A DNA stretch of 64,000 nucleotides from an uncultured Alphaproteobacteria bacterium (GCA_963789455.1 CAWBLD010000013.1:65559-129558), one strand, 5' to 3'; positions 12,726-24,188 are shown, numbered from the stretch's first letter. The notes: generated by a model not told the origin, from the sequence alone. Program-made: numbers and translations.

Positions 12726-12813
12726 GTCATGGCCGGGCTTGTCCCGGGCCATCCACGCCGTTTTCGTTGCAACATTTCAAGACGTGGATGCCCGGCACAA
12801 GGCCGGGCATGAC
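12726..12813. repeat. Palindromic repeat, family A
   Basis: GTCATGGCCGGGCTTGTCCC...AAGACGTGGATGCCCGGCACAAGGCCGGGCATGAC. Confidence 0.85.
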
Positions 12814-12817
12814 GGCT

Positions 12818-13747
12818 CTAACTCTCCAGCCCCACCACGGCCCTTGCGAATTCGTGCGCGGTAAACGGCGCCAGATCGTCGACGCCCTCGCCGACGCCGA
12901 TGAAATGCACCGGCAGGCCAAACCTCGACGCAATGGCAACCAGGATGCCGCCACGCGCGGTGCCGTCGAGCTTGGTCATGACCAATCCGGTCACGCCCGC
13001 GATCTTGCCGAAGATGTCGACCTGGTTGAGCGCGTTCTGGCCTACGGTGGCGTCCAGCACCAGCAGCACCGCGTGCGGCGCCGCCGCATCGACCTTGCGC
13101 ATGACGCGCACCATCTTTTCCAATTCGCTCATCAGCTCGGCGCGGTTCTGCAAGCGGCCGGCGGTATCGACCAGAACGATATCCGTGCCTTGCGTCTTGG
13201 CGGCGGCAAGCGCGTCGAACGCGAGGCCGGCGGCATCCGCGCCCGGCCCGCGCGCCATCACGCTGGCCGCCGTGCGCTCGCCCCAGATCTTGAGCTGATC
13301 GATGGCGGCGGCGCGAAAGGTGTCGCCCGCCACCAGCATCACCGTCTTGCCCTCGGCGCGGAATTTGGCGGCAAGCTTGCCGATGGTGGTGGTCTTGCCG
13401 GAGCCGTTGACGCCGGCCACCAGAATGACGAACGGCTTGGCCGTCACCTCCAGCGGCTTGGCCACCGGCTCCAGCACCTTCTCGATTTCGCTTGCGAGCG
13501 CCGTCTTCACTTCCTCGGCCGACGCTCCCTCGTGGAATCGGGTTTCGCTGAACACGTCGGCGATGCGCTGCGCGACTTCCGGCCCCAGATCGGCGCGGAT
13601 CAACTCGTGTTCCAGTTCCTCGATCGCGGCCGCATCGAGCCTGCGCTTGGCCAGGCTGGCGATCGCTTCGCCGAGCGAGGAGGAGGTACGCTTGAGCCCG
13701 CCGCTCAGGCGCTTCCACCAGCTTCCGCTTTGGGTGCTGTCGTTCAT
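12818..13747 (-). CDS. ftsY: SRP receptor FtsY
   Basis: GVNGSGKTTT, DTFRAAA, DTAGRL and TKLDGTARGG. Confidence 0.97.
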   Translation of the reverse strand: MNDSTQSGSWWKRLSGGLKRTSSSLGEAIASLAKRRLDAAAIEELEHELIRADLGPEVAQRIADVFSETRFHEGASAEEVKTALASEIEKVLEPVAKPLEVTAKPFVILVAGVNGSGKTTTIGKLAAKFRAEGKTVMLVAGDTFRAAAIDQLKIWGERTAASVMARGPGADAAGLAFDALAAAKTQGTDIVLVDTAGRLQNRAELMSELEKMVRVMRKVDAAAPHAVLLVLDATVGQNALNQVDIFGKIAGVTGLVMTKLDGTARGGILVAIASRFGLPVHFIGVGEGVDDLAPFTAHEFARAVVGLES

Positions 13748-13802
13748 AGTGCTTCCTTGGCGCGCCCGTGATAGCCGTTTCGGCAAATCTTGGACAGTGA
13801 CG

Positions 13803-14531
13803 ATGACACCGGAAGAGATGCTCGCCCGCCTGCTCTACCGCGACGGGCTGATGCTGGTGATCGACAAACCGGCCGGCTTCGCGGTGCATCGCGGGCCGAA
13901 GGGCGGCGAGAGCCTGGAAGATCATTTCGACGTGCTGCGTTTCGGCCTGCCGCGCAACCCGGCGCTGGCGCACCGGCTCGACAAAGACACCTCCGGCTGC
14001 CTGGTGCTCGGCCGCCACCGCAAGGCGCTGGCGCTGCTGGGCAAGCTGTTCAAGCAGGGCAAGATCGGCAAGACCTATTGGGCGGTGGTCGAGGGCGGGC
14101 CGGAGGGCGAGGAAGGCCGCATCGACATTCCGCTCGGCAAGCTCGACGAGAGCCGCGGCTGGTGGATGAAGCCGGACCTGCAGGGGGCGCCGGCGGTGAC
14201 CACCTGGAAGGTGATGGGACGCGGGGGCGGCCTCACCTGGCTCGCGCTCGAGCCGCTGACCGGGCGGACGCATCAACTTCGCGTGCATTGCGCCGAGATG
14301 GGCTTTCCCGTGCTCGGCGACAATATCTATGGCCGCGCGCCGCGCGTGGGCGGCCCGCCTTTGCACCTGCATTCGCGCGAGATCGTGGTGCCGATTTCCA
14401 AGAACAAGCCGCCGGTTAAGGTCACCGCGCCGGTGCCGGCGCACATGCGCGAGGCGCTCAGCAAGTGCGGATGGACAGGCGAAAAGCATTTACCCGTTCA
14501 TTCCCGCGAAAGCGGGAATCCAGAGCCATAA
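13803..14531 (+). CDS. RluA-family pseudouridine synthase
   Basis: 'IDKPAG', 'HRLDKDTSG' and 'TGRTHQLRVH'. Confidence 0.93.
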   Translation: MTPEEMLARLLYRDGLMLVIDKPAGFAVHRGPKGGESLEDHFDVLRFGLPRNPALAHRLDKDTSGCLVLGRHRKALALLGKLFKQGKIGKTYWAVVEGGPEGEEGRIDIPLGKLDESRGWWMKPDLQGAPAVTTWKVMGRGGGLTWLALEPLTGRTHQLRVHCAEMGFPVLGDNIYGRAPRVGGPPLHLHSREIVVPISKNKPPVKVTAPVPAHMREALSKCGWTGEKHLPVHSRESGNPEP

Positions 14532-14583
14532 TTGCAGACCGAAACATTTCGCACTGGGTCCCCGCTTGCGCGGGGACGAACGG
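14494..14583. repeat. Palindromic repeat, family B (TTCATTCCCGCG..GCGGGAATCCAG / CTGGGTCCCCGC..GCGGGGACGA)
   Basis: Matches 21131-21222 and 37904-37974. Confidence 0.85.
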
Positions 14584-14588
14584 AGAAA

Positions 14589-15815
14589 TTAAGCGGCTAA
14601 GAGTTGCCGGCCGTCATGGCCGGCAATGGTGAGATCGAAGATCACGCCCGGCTCGACCGGCGCGGCCAGCCGCACCGCCGTGAATTGCTCGGTGCGGCCG
14701 ACACCGCCGCGTTCGGTCAACACACGCCGCTGCACGCCGACTTGCGCGTCGAGATGGCGCGCCAACGCGGCTTCGCCCTTTTCGCGCAAACGGCGGGCGC
14801 GTTCTTTGACGACATCGCGGGCAACCGGCGGCATGCGCGCGGCCGGCGTGCCGGGCCGCGGCGAAAATGGAAACACGTGCAGTTGCGTCAGGCCGCATTC
14901 ATCCACCAGTTCGAGCGAGCGCGCGAACATGGCCTCGGTCTCGGTCGGAAAGCCGGCGATGATGTCGGCGCCGAACGCCACATCGGGGCGCAGCTTGCGG
15001 ACCCGGTTGCAGAACGCGATCGCTTGCTCACGCGTATGGCGGCGCTTCATGCGCTTGAGGATGAGATCGTCGCCGGCCTGCAGTGACAGATGCAGATGCG
15101 GCATCAGCCGCGATTCGTTCGCCAGGGCGTCGAGCAGATCGTCGTCGGCTTCCACCGAGTCGATGGAGGAAAGCCGCAGCCGCGCCAGTTCGGGCAGCTC
15201 TTTCAGAATGCGCTTGACCAGCGCGCCGAGCCGCGGCGCGCCGGCAAGCTCCGCGCCATAGCTGGTGATATCGACGCCGGTGAGCACCAGTTCGCGATAG
15301 CCGCGCGCGGCGAGCCGCCGCGCCTGCGCCACGCAATCGTCCATCGGCAGCGAGCGCGCATTGCCGCGCCCGAACGGAATAATGCAGAACGTGCAGCGAT
15401 GGTCGCAGCCGTTCTGCACTTGCAGAAAGGCGCGGGTGTGGCCCTCGATGCTGTCGATGGCGTGGGCCGTGTGCCGTTTCACCGCCATGATGTCGCCGAC
15501 GGCAATGCGCCGGTCATCGCCGGCCCATGATCGCGCGTCGAGTTTTTCCTCGTTGCCGATGACGCGGTCCACTTCGGCCATGCCTGCGAAGGTGGCCGGT
15601 TCGGTCTGCGCCGCGCAGCCGGTGACCACGATGCGCGCCTGCGGCCGCTCGCGCTTGATGCGGCGGATGGTCTGGCGGGCCTGGCGCACCGCTTCCGCCG
15701 TCACCGCGCAGGTGTTCATCACGACCGTATCGTCGAGCCCAGCCGCCGCGCGCCGGATCACTTCCAACTCGGCGATGTTGAGCCGGCAGCCGAAGGTATG
15801 GACGTCCACACTCAC
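14589..15815 (-). CDS. mtaB: tRNA t6A37 methylthiotransferase
   Basis: 'TFGCRLN', 'NTCAVT', 'TGCAAQ' and the radical SAM motif [11 protein letters not shown] start overlaps the dapF stop. Confidence 0.93.
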   Translation of the reverse strand: MSVDVHTFGCRLNIAELEVIRRAAAGLDDTVVMNTCAVTAEAVRQARQTIRRIKRERPQARIVVTGCAAQTEPATFAGMAEVDRVIGNEEKLDARSWAGDDRRIAVGDIMAVKRHTAHAIDSIEGHTRAFLQVQNGCDHRCTFCIIPFGRGNARSLPMDDCVAQARRLAARGYRELVLTGVDITSYGAELAGAPRLGALVKRILKELPELARLRLSSIDSVEADDDLLDALANESRLMPHLHLSLQAGDDLILKRMKRRHTREQAIAFCNRVRKLRPDVAFGADIIAGFPTETEAMFARSLELVDECGLTQLHVFPFSPRPGTPAARMPPVARDVVKERARRLREKGEAALARHLDAQVGVQRRVLTERGGVGRTEQFTAVRLAAPVEPGVIFDLTIAGHDGRQLLAA

Positions 15816-16720
15816 GGCCCCCTCCCTATCCCTCCCCCGCTTGCGGGGGAGGATTGGGTGGGCGCGAACAGCGCCGGATCGAACCTGCCGGCGAATTCGA
15901 ATTGCACCGGCCCGGTCATCAGCACGTGGTCGTCGCTTTCGCGCCAGTCGATGGTGAGTTCGCCGCCCGGCAGCGTCACCTTCACCTTGCGGTTGGTGCG
16001 CTTGAGCCGCGCGGCGGCGACCGCGGCCGCGCAAGCGGCCGAGCCGCACGCCTTGGTGAGCCCGGCGCCGCGCTCCCAGGTGCGGATAATGATGTGATCG
16101 CGCGAGACGATCTGCGCCAGCGTGATATTGGCGCGCTCGGGAAAAATCGGATGATTTTCCAGGAGCGGCCCGAACTTATGGAGATCGTAGGCATTCACGT
16201 CGTCGACCCAGAAGATGGCGTGCGGATTGCCCATGTTCACCACCGCCGGCGAATGCAGCACCGGCTTGTCGATCGGCCCGATCTGCAATTCGATGGCGCG
16301 GGTGTCGCGGAATTCCTCCGCCAGCGGAATCTCGTTCCACTTGAAACGCGGCGGCCCCATGTCGACGGTGAACATCCCGTCGGCGCCTTTCCAGCAATTG
16401 AGAATGCCGGCGCTGGTTTCGAAAGTAAGCGCGGTCTTGCCGCTCTCCTTCGCCACCAGGTCGGCAACGCAGCGCATGCCGTTGCCGCAGGCGCCGGCTT
16501 CCGAGCCGTCATTGTTGTAGATGCGAACGAAAGCATCGGTGCCGGGCGTGCGCGGCGGATAGAGCGCCATCAACTGATCGTAAGGCGCGCCGTCGGGCGC
16601 CGCCGCCGCGCGCGCTTCCGCGGGCGCAATCTCAGCCGCAGCGCCGCGCAGATCGACCACGACAATCTCGTTGCCGACGCCGTTCATCTTCACGAAGGAT
16701 TGGTTGGCGAGCGCGCCCAA
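15812..16720 (-). CDS. dapF: Diaminopimelate epimerase
   Basis: 'KMNGVGN', 'ACGNGMRC', 'MGNPH' and '[12 protein letters not shown]'. TTG start after GGAG. Confidence 0.95.
   Translation of the reverse strand: MGALANQSFVKMNGVGNEIVVVDLRGAAAEIAPAEARAAAAPDGAPYDQLMALYPPRTPGTDAFVRIYNNDGSEAGACGNGMRCVADLVAKESGKTALTFETSAGILNCWKGADGMFTVDMGPPRFKWNEIPLAEEFRDTRAIELQIGPIDKPVLHSPAVVNMGNPHAIFWVDDVNAYDLHKFGPLLENHPIFPERANITLAQIVSRDHIIIRTWERGAGLTKACGSAACAAAVAAARLKRTNRKVKVTLPGGELTIDWRESDDHVLMTGPVQFEFAGRFDPALFAPTQSSPASGGGIGRGP
15818..15862. repeat. Half copy of family D repeat inside the dapF 3' end
   Basis: CCTCCCCCGC-TT-GCGGGGGAGG hairpin flanked by CCCCCTCCC and GGGTGGG. Confidence 0.6.
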
Positions 16721-16870
16721 ATCATCGCTCCAAATCATCGCCGGTGAATTCGGCCAAACGCCAAGCCTCTTGCCCGGTTTTCGCCCCGATTTATATGGCG
16801 AATAAACGCGGATTGGCCAGGGGCGCATGATATTATAATGCCGAGATCGCCCCGACGACGGAGAACCCTG

Positions 16871-17455
16871 ATGTCGTGCCTACGCCTTGCGGCGCCGTTA
16901 TTGCTCGCTCTGGCATGCGCGCTCGGCGCGGGTCCGGCGGCCGCGCAAAATCCGCCGCCCACGGCCGGCTCGCCGGCGCCGCTGCATGCGGGCGATGCCT
17001 TTGGCGAGGCCGTGACGCTGCCGGAGCGAACGATCATCTTTCTCAAGGGCCACAGCAAATGGGACGCCGCCTTCGACACGCTGGTCGACGCCTTCAAGTC
17101 GCTCAAGGAATATCTCGACAAGCAGGGCATCAAGCCGAACGGCGCGGCCATGACCATCTACACCCAGACCGACGACACCGGCTTCCAGTTCGAAGCCGCC
17201 ATGCCGATCGCGGCGGCGCCGGAAAATCCGCCGAAAGGCGACATCGCCATCGGTCAGGCGCCCGCCGGCAAGGCCCTCAAATTCGTCCATCGCGGTTCCT
17301 ATGACGCCATGGATTCGACGTATGAGGCGATTACCAACTATCTCGACGACCGGCATCTCGAGGCCAAGGATGTGTTCATCGAGGAATATGCGTCCGATCC
17401 GGTGAAAGCGAACGCGGACAATCTGGTGGTCACCGTGTTCGTGCCGCTGAAATGA
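16871..17455 (+). CDS. Secreted GyrI-like small-molecule-binding protein
   Basis: Signal peptide, 'FVHRGSYD' and 'FIEEY'. Confidence 0.82.
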   Translation: MSCLRLAAPLLLALACALGAGPAAAQNPPPTAGSPAPLHAGDAFGEAVTLPERTIIFLKGHSKWDAAFDTLVDAFKSLKEYLDKQGIKPNGAAMTIYTQTDDTGFQFEAAMPIAAAPENPPKGDIAIGQAPAGKALKFVHRGSYDAMDSTYEAITNYLDDRHLEAKDVFIEEYASDPVKANADNLVVTVFVPLK

Positions 17456-17477
17456 GTGAAATGACAATGATGGTGAA

Positions 17478-18182
17478 ATGACAATGCCAAAGCCGCGTAT
17501 CCTGTTCGTCGCTTCCGTCATTGCCGTCGCCGCGCTGGCGCCGTTGCCGGCCAACGCCGCCGAAAAACTCGATCGGCTGGTGACCGTTACCGGCGAGGCG
17601 ACGGTGGAGGCCGCGCCCGATGCCGCGGTGATCCGCATCGGTGTCTCCAGCCAGGGCAAGACCGCGCGGGCGGCGAGCGATAGCAACGCCAAGGAGATGA
17701 CCGCGGTGCTGGCGGCGATCAATCAACTCGGCATCGCCGACCGCGATGTGCAGACCTCGTGGCTGTCGCTGCAGCCGCAATACGAACCGAACAAGGGCGG
17801 CGGCGCCGCCCGCCTGAACGGCTTCCGGGCGAACAACCAGGTCACGGTCAAGATCCGTGACATCGGCAAATTGCCCGCCGTGCTCGATCGCGCCATCGCG
17901 GCCGGCGCCAACGAGATGTCGGGGATCGAATTCGTCGTGTCGGAACAGTCGAAGCTGCTCGACAAGGCCCGCGCCGCGGCCATCGCCGACGCTCATCGCA
18001 AGGCCGAGCTTTATGCCAATGCCGCGGGCATGAAAGTCGGACGCGTGGCGGCGATCGCGGAAAAGGGTTCGGCTCCGCCATCGCCCGTATTCAAGGCGAT
18101 GCGCGCCGCCCCCAGCCCGATCGCTCCCGGCGAGCAGACGCTGCGGGCCGTGGTCATGGTCAGCTACGAATTGACGTCGTAA
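17478..18182 (+). CDS. SIMPL (DUF541) periplasmic protein
   Basis: 'VTGEATVEAAPD', 'AIAAGAN' and 'PIAPGEQ'. Confidence 0.9.
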   Translation: MTMPKPRILFVASVIAVAALAPLPANAAEKLDRLVTVTGEATVEAAPDAAVIRIGVSSQGKTARAASDSNAKEMTAVLAAINQLGIADRDVQTSWLSLQPQYEPNKGGGAARLNGFRANNQVTVKIRDIGKLPAVLDRAIAAGANEMSGIEFVVSEQSKLLDKARAAAIADAHRKAELYANAAGMKVGRVAAIAEKGSAPPSPVFKAMRAAPSPIAPGEQTLRAVVMVSYELTS

Positions 18183-18194
18183 ACGGGGGCCGCC

Positions 18195-18223
18195 TTGACT
18201 TACAGACGGCCCAACCCTAGGTT
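18195..18223 (+). promoter_or_regulatory. sigma70-like promoter of the ffh operon
   Basis: TTGACT-N17-TAGGTT. Confidence 0.55.
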
Positions 18224-18283
18224 CCGCCCGCTTTCGATAGAGACGTAAATACCAGCTCCGCCGCCCGGTCCTTGAGAGGCCGG

Positions 18284-18322
18284 AGGCCACCGCCTGACAG
18301 CGCAATGCGCCCTCGGGCGCGA
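18284..18322 (+). ncRNA. Putative alphaproteobacterial ffh leader RNA motif
   Basis: CCACC..GACAGCGCAATGCGCCCTCGGGCGC in the ffh 5' UTR resembles the ffh leader as I recall it. Not searched. Confidence 0.45.
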
Positions 18323-18337
18323 AAAGTGTTTCTCAGG

Positions 18338-18444
18338 CCTCATCCTGAGGAGCCCGCGCAGCGGGCGTCTCGAAGGATGCGGCCGCAACCGAGGGACCTC
18401 GTCCTTCGAGACGCATCGCTCGCGCGACGCTCCTCAGGACGAGG
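18338..18444. repeat. Palindromic repeat, family C (CCTCATCCTGAGGAGC...GCTCCTCAGGACGAGG)
   Basis: 16-bp imperfect terminal inverted repeat and internal CGTCTCGAAGGA/TCCTTCGAGACG. Confidence 0.8.
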
Positions 18445-18451
18445 TTGTGAA

Positions 18452-19994
18452 ATGTTCGATACCCTGTCGGAAAAACTCGGCGGCATTCTCGACCGCCTCA
18501 CCCGCCGCGGCGCGCTCAGCGAGGCCGACGTCGATGCGGCGTTGCGCGAAGTGCGCCGCGCGCTGCTGGAGGCCGACGTCGCGCTCGACGTGGCGCGCGC
18601 CTTCACCGACAACGTCAAGCAGCAGGCGGTCGGCGTCGAGGTGATGAAGTCGGTCACGCCCGGCCAGATGGTCGTCAAGATCGTGCACGACCAGCTGGTC
18701 GCCACGCTCGGCGCCGACAGCCAGGGCATCGATCTCAATGCCGCGCCGCCGGTCGCCATCATGATGGTCGGCCTGCAAGGCTCCGGCAAAACCACCACCA
18801 CCGCAAAAGTCGCCCGCCGCCTCACCGACCGGCAGAATCGCAAGGTGCTGATGGCTTCGCTCGACGTGCGCCGGCCGGCAGCGATGGAGCAGCTCGCCGT
18901 GCTCGGCCGCGAGGCGCAAATCGATACGCTGCCGGTCGTTGAAGGCCAGCAGCCGCCGCAGATCGCCAAGCGCGCGCTGGAAGCCGCCCGCCTCGGCGGC
19001 TACGACGTGGTGCTGCTCGATACCGCCGGCCGCACCACCCTCGACGAGGCCATGATGAACGAGGCGGCCGAGGTCAAGAAGGCCGCCAATCCGCACGAGG
19101 TGCTGCTCGTCGCCGATGCGCTCACCGGCCAGGACGCCGTTAATCTCGCGCGCGCGTTCGATGAGCGCGTCGGCCTGACCGGCATCGTGCTCACCCGCGT
19201 CGACGGCGACGGCCGCGGCGGCGCCGCGCTCTCCATGCGCGCAGTGACCAATAAGCCGATCAAGCTGATCGGCACCGGCGAAAAGCTCGACGCGCTGGAG
19301 GAATTCGATCCCGCCCGCATCGCCGGCCGCATTCTCGGCATGGGCGACATCGTCGCGCTGGTGGAGAAGGCCGCCGCCACCATCGACGCCGAGAAGGCGA
19401 TGCGCGCGGCCGAGAAGATGCGCAAGGGCAAATTCGATCTCGCCGATCTGCGCGAACAGCTGCAACAGATGCAGGGCATGGGCGGCATGGGCAGCCTGCT
19501 CGGCATGCTGCCCGGCGTGGCCAAGATGAAAAACCAGATCGCCGCCGCCGGCCTCGACGACAAGCTGGTGAAGCGGCAGATGGCGATCATCAACTCGATG
19601 ACGCCGCGGGAACGCCGCAACCCGGATATTCTCAAAGCCAGCCGCAAGAAGCGCATCGCCGCCGGTTCCGGCACCTCGCCCGAGCAGATCAACAAGCTTC
19701 TGAAAATGCATCGCGGCATGGCCGACATGATGAAGGTCATGGGCAGCGGCAAGCGCGGCCCGCTCGCCGGTCTCGCGCAGGCGATGGGCTTCGGCTCCGC
19801 CATGCCGACGCCGGAGCAGATGGCCGAGCTCGCCAAGAATATGCCGCCCGGCACTCAGCTGCCGCCCGGCATGCCCGGGCTGCCGCCGGCCATGCCGAAA
19901 TTGCCGCCGAATTTCCCCGGCACTGCCCGGCTTGGGCGGAAAGTTTCCCGGATTGCCGGGCGGCCTGCCGCCCGGTTTCGGAAAGAAGAAATGA
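18452..19994 (+). CDS. ffh: Signal recognition particle protein (+1 frameshift near 19921 in the Pro/Gly tail)
   Basis: GLQGSGKTTT, DTAGR and the M domain 'SRKKRIAAGSG'. The corrected tail ends PGFGKKK*. Confidence 0.96.
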
Positions 19995-20011
19995 TCAATG
20001 CGTCGCAAACT

Positions 20012-20109
20012 CGTCATTCCGGGGCGCCGCGCGGCGACGAACCCGGAATCCATACTCAGCAGCGCTGCGGGTTATGGATTCCGGCTCTCGCTCGCTCGGC
20101 CGGAATGAC
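20012..20109. repeat. Palindromic repeat related to family B (GTCATTCCGG...CCGGAATGAC)
   Basis: Terminal inverted repeat plus CCGGAATCCATA/TATGGATTCCGG. Confidence 0.75.
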
Positions 20110-20135
20110 AGCTTTTATGGAAAGGAAAATCTGAA

Positions 20136-20573
20136 ATGTCTCTCGTCATCCGCATGGCCCGCGCCGGAACCAAGAAGCGGCCGGTCTATCACATCGTCGT
20201 CGCCGACTCGCGCTCGCCCCGCGACGGCCGCTTCATCGAGCGGCTCGGCTTCTTCAATCCGCTGCTGCCGAAGGAAAAGACCGAGCGGCTCAAGCTCGAT
20301 CTCGACAAGGTACAGGCCTGGATGAAGAAGGGCGCGCAGCCGTCCGACCGCGTGACGCGCTTCCTCGATGCCGCCGGCATCGTGAAGCGCGAAAAGCGCA
20401 ACAATCCGGAAAAGGCGGTCCCGCGCAAGGAGCGCAAGGCCAAGGAAGAAGAAGCCCTCAAGGCCAAGGAAGCCGCCGACGCCGCCGCCAAGACCGCCGC
20501 CACCGCCAAGGCCGCCGCAGACAAGGCCGCTGCCGACAAGGCCAAGGCGGCCGAAGCGCCGGCGGCGAGCTGA
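20136..20573 (+). CDS. rpsP: 30S ribosomal protein S16
   Basis: '[23 protein letters not shown]'. Confidence 0.98.
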   Translation: MSLVIRMARAGTKKRPVYHIVVADSRSPRDGRFIERLGFFNPLLPKEKTERLKLDLDKVQAWMKKGAQPSDRVTRFLDAAGIVKREKRNNPEKAVPRKERKAKEEEALKAKEAADAAAKTAATAKAAADKAAADKAKAAEAPAAS

Positions 20574-20585
20574 TCGCGTTAGCTC

Positions 20586-21107
20586 GTGGCCGACCGCATC
20601 CGCGTCGCCCGCATCGGTGCCGCGCATGGCATTCGCGGCGAGGTCAAGCTGTGGTCGTTCACCGAGGATCCGCTGGCCGTGACGAATTACGGTCCGCTGG
20701 AAACCGAGGACGGCGCGCGGCGGTTCGAAATCGAAGCGGCGCGGCCGGCCAAGGATTTCCTGGTCGCGCGCATCGCCGGGATCAGCGACCGCGACGCGGC
20801 GGAGAAATTGCGCAACACCGATCTGTTCGTGCCGCGCGACCGCCTGCCGCCGATCGAAGAGGCCGACACGTTTTATCACGCCGACCTGATCGGCCTGGCG
20901 GCGGTGAGCGAAGCTGGCGGCACGCTCGGCACCGTCAGCGCCATCCATAATTTCGGCGCCGGCGATCTGATCGAGATCGCGCCGACGGCCGGCGGCGAGC
21001 CGCTGCTGCTGCCGTTCACCGAGACGACCGTGCCGACCATCGATCTGAAGGCGGGACGCATTGTGGTGGTGCCGCCGGCCGAGATTGAGGCGAAGAAAGA
21101 AGACTGA
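20586..21107 (+). CDS. rimM: Ribosome maturation factor
   Basis: '[11 protein letters not shown]', 'FYHADLIG' and '[10 protein letters not shown]'. Confidence 0.96.
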   Translation: MADRIRVARIGAAHGIRGEVKLWSFTEDPLAVTNYGPLETEDGARRFEIEAARPAKDFLVARIAGISDRDAAEKLRNTDLFVPRDRLPPIEEADTFYHADLIGLAAVSEAGGTLGTVSAIHNFGAGDLIEIAPTAGGEPLLLPFTETTVPTIDLKAGRIVVVPPAEIEAKKED

Positions 21108-21130
21108 AGATGTGGCGCGCGCAATCTACT

Positions 21131-21222
21131 CCGTTCATTCCCGCGCAAGCGGGAATCCAGAGCGACACCTTGTGCGCCAGCATTCTTGGCTCCTGGGTCC
21201 CCGCGTTCGCGGGGACGAACGG
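21131..21222. repeat. Palindromic repeat, family B
   Basis: Matches 14494-14583. Confidence 0.85.
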
Positions 21223-21235
21223 GAGGGGCTGAACC

Positions 21236-21970
21236 ATGTGGCGCGCGTCGGTACTCACGATCTTTCCGGAAATGTTTCCCGGACCGTTGGCGTCGAGCCT
21301 CGCCGGCAAGGCGCTCACCTCCGGCATCTGGTCGCTCGACACCCACGACATCCGCAACGCAGCCACCGACAAGCACCGCACCGTCGACGACACGCCGGCC
21401 GGCGGCGGGCCCGGCATGGTGATGAAGGCCGACGTGCTGGCAAGAGCATTAGATAGTCTTGCGCTCGACACCGTCCCGCACGATAAGCGCCCGCGCCTGC
21501 TGATGAGCCCGCGCGGCGCGCCACTGACGCAAGAACGGGTGACGACACTCGCTGCGGGTCCAGGCGCCGTGATCGTGTGCGCCCGCTTCGAGGGTGTCGA
21601 CGAGCGGCTGATCAAGGCGCGCGGCTTAGAGGAAGTCTCGCTCGGCGATTTCGTGCTGTCCGGCGGCGAGATCGCCGCGCTCGCCCTGCTCGACGCCTGC
21701 GTGCGGCTGCTGCCTGGCGTCATGGGCAAGGAGGCCTCGGCGGCCGAGGAGAGCTTCGCCGACGGGCTCTTGGAATATCCGCAATACACCAGGCCGCCGG
21801 TGTTCGAGGGCGAGCCGATCCCGGAGGTGCTGCTGTCCGGCGACCACGCAAAAATCGCCCAATGGCGGCGGGCCGAGACCGAGCGGTTAACGGCCGAACG
21901 GCGGCCGGATCTGTGGGCGGCCTACCAGGCCCGCCAAAAGCCCAAAAACGGACCTAAAACGCGAGGGTGA
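21236..21970 (+). CDS. trmD: tRNA (guanine37-N1)-methyltransferase
   Basis: '[14 protein letters not shown]', '[11 protein letters not shown]' and 'YPQYTRP'. Confidence 0.97.
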   Translation: MWRASVLTIFPEMFPGPLASSLAGKALTSGIWSLDTHDIRNAATDKHRTVDDTPAGGGPGMVMKADVLARALDSLALDTVPHDKRPRLLMSPRGAPLTQERVTTLAAGPGAVIVCARFEGVDERLIKARGLEEVSLGDFVLSGGEIAALALLDACVRLLPGVMGKEASAAEESFADGLLEYPQYTRPPVFEGEPIPEVLLSGDHAKIAQWRRAETERLTAERRPDLWAAYQARQKPKNGPKTRG

Positions 21971-22063
21971 CAAGCCACAATTCTTGGTCTAAAAGCCCGC
22001 AACCCATTAAAGACCAGACAAGACCGCGCGCCGGTTGCTGGCGCTGCCGACGGAGACCTGCCG

Positions 22064-22463
22064 ATGAACCTCATTCAACAGCTCGAAAAAGAGCAACTCG
22101 CCAGGCTCTCGGCCGGCAAGGAGATCCCCGACTTCGGGCCGGGCGACACCGTGCTGGTCAACGTCAAGGTGGTGGAAGGCGACAAGAGCCGCATCCAGGC
22201 CTACGAGGGCGTGTGCATCGGCCGCTCGGGCGGCGGGGTGAACGAGAACTTCACCGTGCGCAAGATTTCTTACGGCGAGGGCGTCGAGCGCGTGTTTCCG
22301 CTCTACTCGCCGATGATCGAATTCGATCAAGCTGGTGCGCCGCGGCAAGGTGCGCCGCGCCAAGCTCTATTACCTGCGCGGGTTGCGCGGCAAGAAGGCG
22401 CGCATCGAGGCGCAGGCGACCAGCGCACCGGAAGCGGCGGCCGCGACCGCCGCCAAGGAATAG
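22064..22463 (+). CDS. rplS: 50S ribosomal protein L19 (+1 frameshift near 22320)
   Basis: '[14 protein letters not shown]' continues as '[15 protein letters not shown]' in the next frame. Confidence 0.95.
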
Positions 22464-22488
22464 GCTGCAACCCTATTCCGGAATGCAT

Positions 22489-22516
22489 GAAGGGGCCGCC
22501 GTTCGGCCCCTTTTTC
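22489..22516 (+). terminator. Rho-independent terminator after rplS
   Basis: AAGGGGCCG-ccgtt-CGGCCCCTT followed by a T-run. Confidence 0.8.
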
Positions 22517-22538
22517 TTGAGCGCGGCCGGGGTTAGAT

Positions 22539-22596
22539 AGCGCCGGATCCCGATAAGCGGGAACCGGTTTTCGGATAAGATCATGCGCAAAGTAAA
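22539..22596. repeat. RIME-like rhizobial intergenic element (partial)
   Basis: GAACCGGTTTTCGGATAAGATCATGCGC. A reverse-complement partial copy sits at 58052-58076. Confidence 0.55.
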
Positions 22597-22623
22597 TTGC
22601 GCCGAGTGATGGAGACTTCGACG

Positions 22624-24030
22624 ATGGCCAAGCCGCGCACCCTCTACGACAAGATCTGGGAAGACCATCTGGTGGACGAGCAACCGGACGGCACTTGCCT
22701 GATCTATATCGACCGCCATCTGGTGCACGAGGTCACCTCGCCGCAGGCGTTCGAGGGCCTGCGCACGGCGGGCCGCAAGGTGCATGCGCCCGACAAGACG
22801 CTGGCCGTGGTCGACCACAACGTGCCGACCTCCGACCGCCACCAGCCCAATCCCGATCCGGAAAGCGCCGAGCAGATCGCGGTCATGGCGCAGAACGCCA
22901 AGGATTTCGGCATCGAATATTTCAACGAGTTCGATAAGCGCCAGGGCATCGTTCACATCATCGGACCCGAGCAGGGCTTCACGCTGCCCGGCACCACCAT
23001 CGTGTGCGGCGACAGCCACACGGCGACGCACGGCGCCTTCGGCGCGCTCGCCTACGGCATCGGCACGTCGGAAGTAGAACACGTGCTGGCGACGCAGACG
23101 CTGATCCAGAAGAAATCGATGAACATGCGCGCGGTGGTCGACGGCACGCTGCCGCCGGGCGTCACCGCCAAGGACATCATCCTCGCCATCATCGGCGAGA
23201 TCGGCACGGCCGGCGGCACCGGCTATGCGCTGGAATATGCCGGCGAGGCGATCCGCGCCTGCTCGATGGAAGGGCGCATGACGATCTGCAACATGTCGGT
23301 GGAAGGCGGCGCCAAGGCCGGCTTCATCGCGCCCGACGAGAAAGCCTATGCCTATCTCAAGGACCGGCCGAAAGCGCCCAAGGGCAAGGCCTGGGACGAG
23401 GCCATGCGTTACTGGGAAACGCTTGCCTCCGACGAAGGCGCGTTTTTCGACCGCGAGATCAGGCTCGATGCGGCGAAGCTGCCGCCGCTGGTGACCTGGG
23501 GCACCAGCCCCGAGCAGGTGGTGTCGATCGCCGGCCGGGTGCCGGTGGCGGCCGAGATCGCCGACGAGAAAAAGCGCATCGCCGCCGAGCGCTCGCTCGG
23601 CTACATGGGGCTCAGCGGCGGCGAGAAGATCACCGACATCAAACTCGACCGCGTGTTCATCGGTTCTTGCACCAACGGGCGCATCGAGGATTTGCGCGAA
23701 GTGGCGCGCGTGGTGAACGGCAAGACGGTGAACGCCAACGTTTACGCGATGATCGTGCCGGGCTCCGGCCTGGTGAAGGAGCGGGCGGAAGCCGAAGGGC
23801 TCGACAAGATTTTCAAGGCCGCCGGTTTCGACTGGCGCGAGCCGGGCTGCTCGATGTGTCTCGCCATGAATCCGGACAAGCTCAAGCCGGGCGAGCGCTG
23901 CGCCTCCACCTCCAACCGCAACTTCGAAGGCCGCCAGGGCTACAAGGGACGCACCCACCTGGTGTCGCCCGCCATGGCGGCGGCGGCGGCGATCGCCGGG
24001 CATTTCGTCGATGTGCGGGAGTGGAAGTAG
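22624..24030 (+). CDS. leuC: 3-isopropylmalate dehydratase large subunit
   Basis: 'HEVTSPQAF', 'CGDSHT', 'GSCTNGR' and 'GCSMCLAMN'. Confidence 0.98.
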   Translation: MAKPRTLYDKIWEDHLVDEQPDGTCLIYIDRHLVHEVTSPQAFEGLRTAGRKVHAPDKTLAVVDHNVPTSDRHQPNPDPESAEQIAVMAQNAKDFGIEYFNEFDKRQGIVHIIGPEQGFTLPGTTIVCGDSHTATHGAFGALAYGIGTSEVEHVLATQTLIQKKSMNMRAVVDGTLPPGVTAKDIILAIIGEIGTAGGTGYALEYAGEAIRACSMEGRMTICNMSVEGGAKAGFIAPDEKAYAYLKDRPKAPKGKAWDEAMRYWETLASDEGAFFDREIRLDAAKLPPLVTWGTSPEQVVSIAGRVPVAAEIADEKKRIAAERSLGYMGLSGGEKITDIKLDRVFIGSCTNGRIEDLREVARVVNGKTVNANVYAMIVPGSGLVKERAEAEGLDKIFKAAGFDWREPGCSMCLAMNPDKLKPGERCASTSNRNFEGRQGYKGRTHLVSPAMAAAAAIAGHFVDVREWK

Positions 24031-24144
24031 AACGCTGATGTAGTCGCCCGCATTCGGGTCCGACTGCGTCGGCCCGAACACAGGTGCGGCCGGCGATCGA
24101 ATGCTCACCGCCCGAATATTGCGAAACTGGATGGCCGGCGGCAG

Positions 24145-24168
24145 CTGTCCCCGCGCGGGCGGGGACAG
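24145..24168. terminator. Hairpin between convergent genes
   Basis: CTGTCCCCGC-gcgg-GCGGGGACAG, 10-bp stem. Confidence 0.5.
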
Positions 24169-24188
24169 GGCATGACAGCCGTTGCCGA

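Noticed and set aside
20440-20573. Ala/Lys-rich tail of S16
   Set aside because: Such extensions are common in alphaproteobacterial S16.
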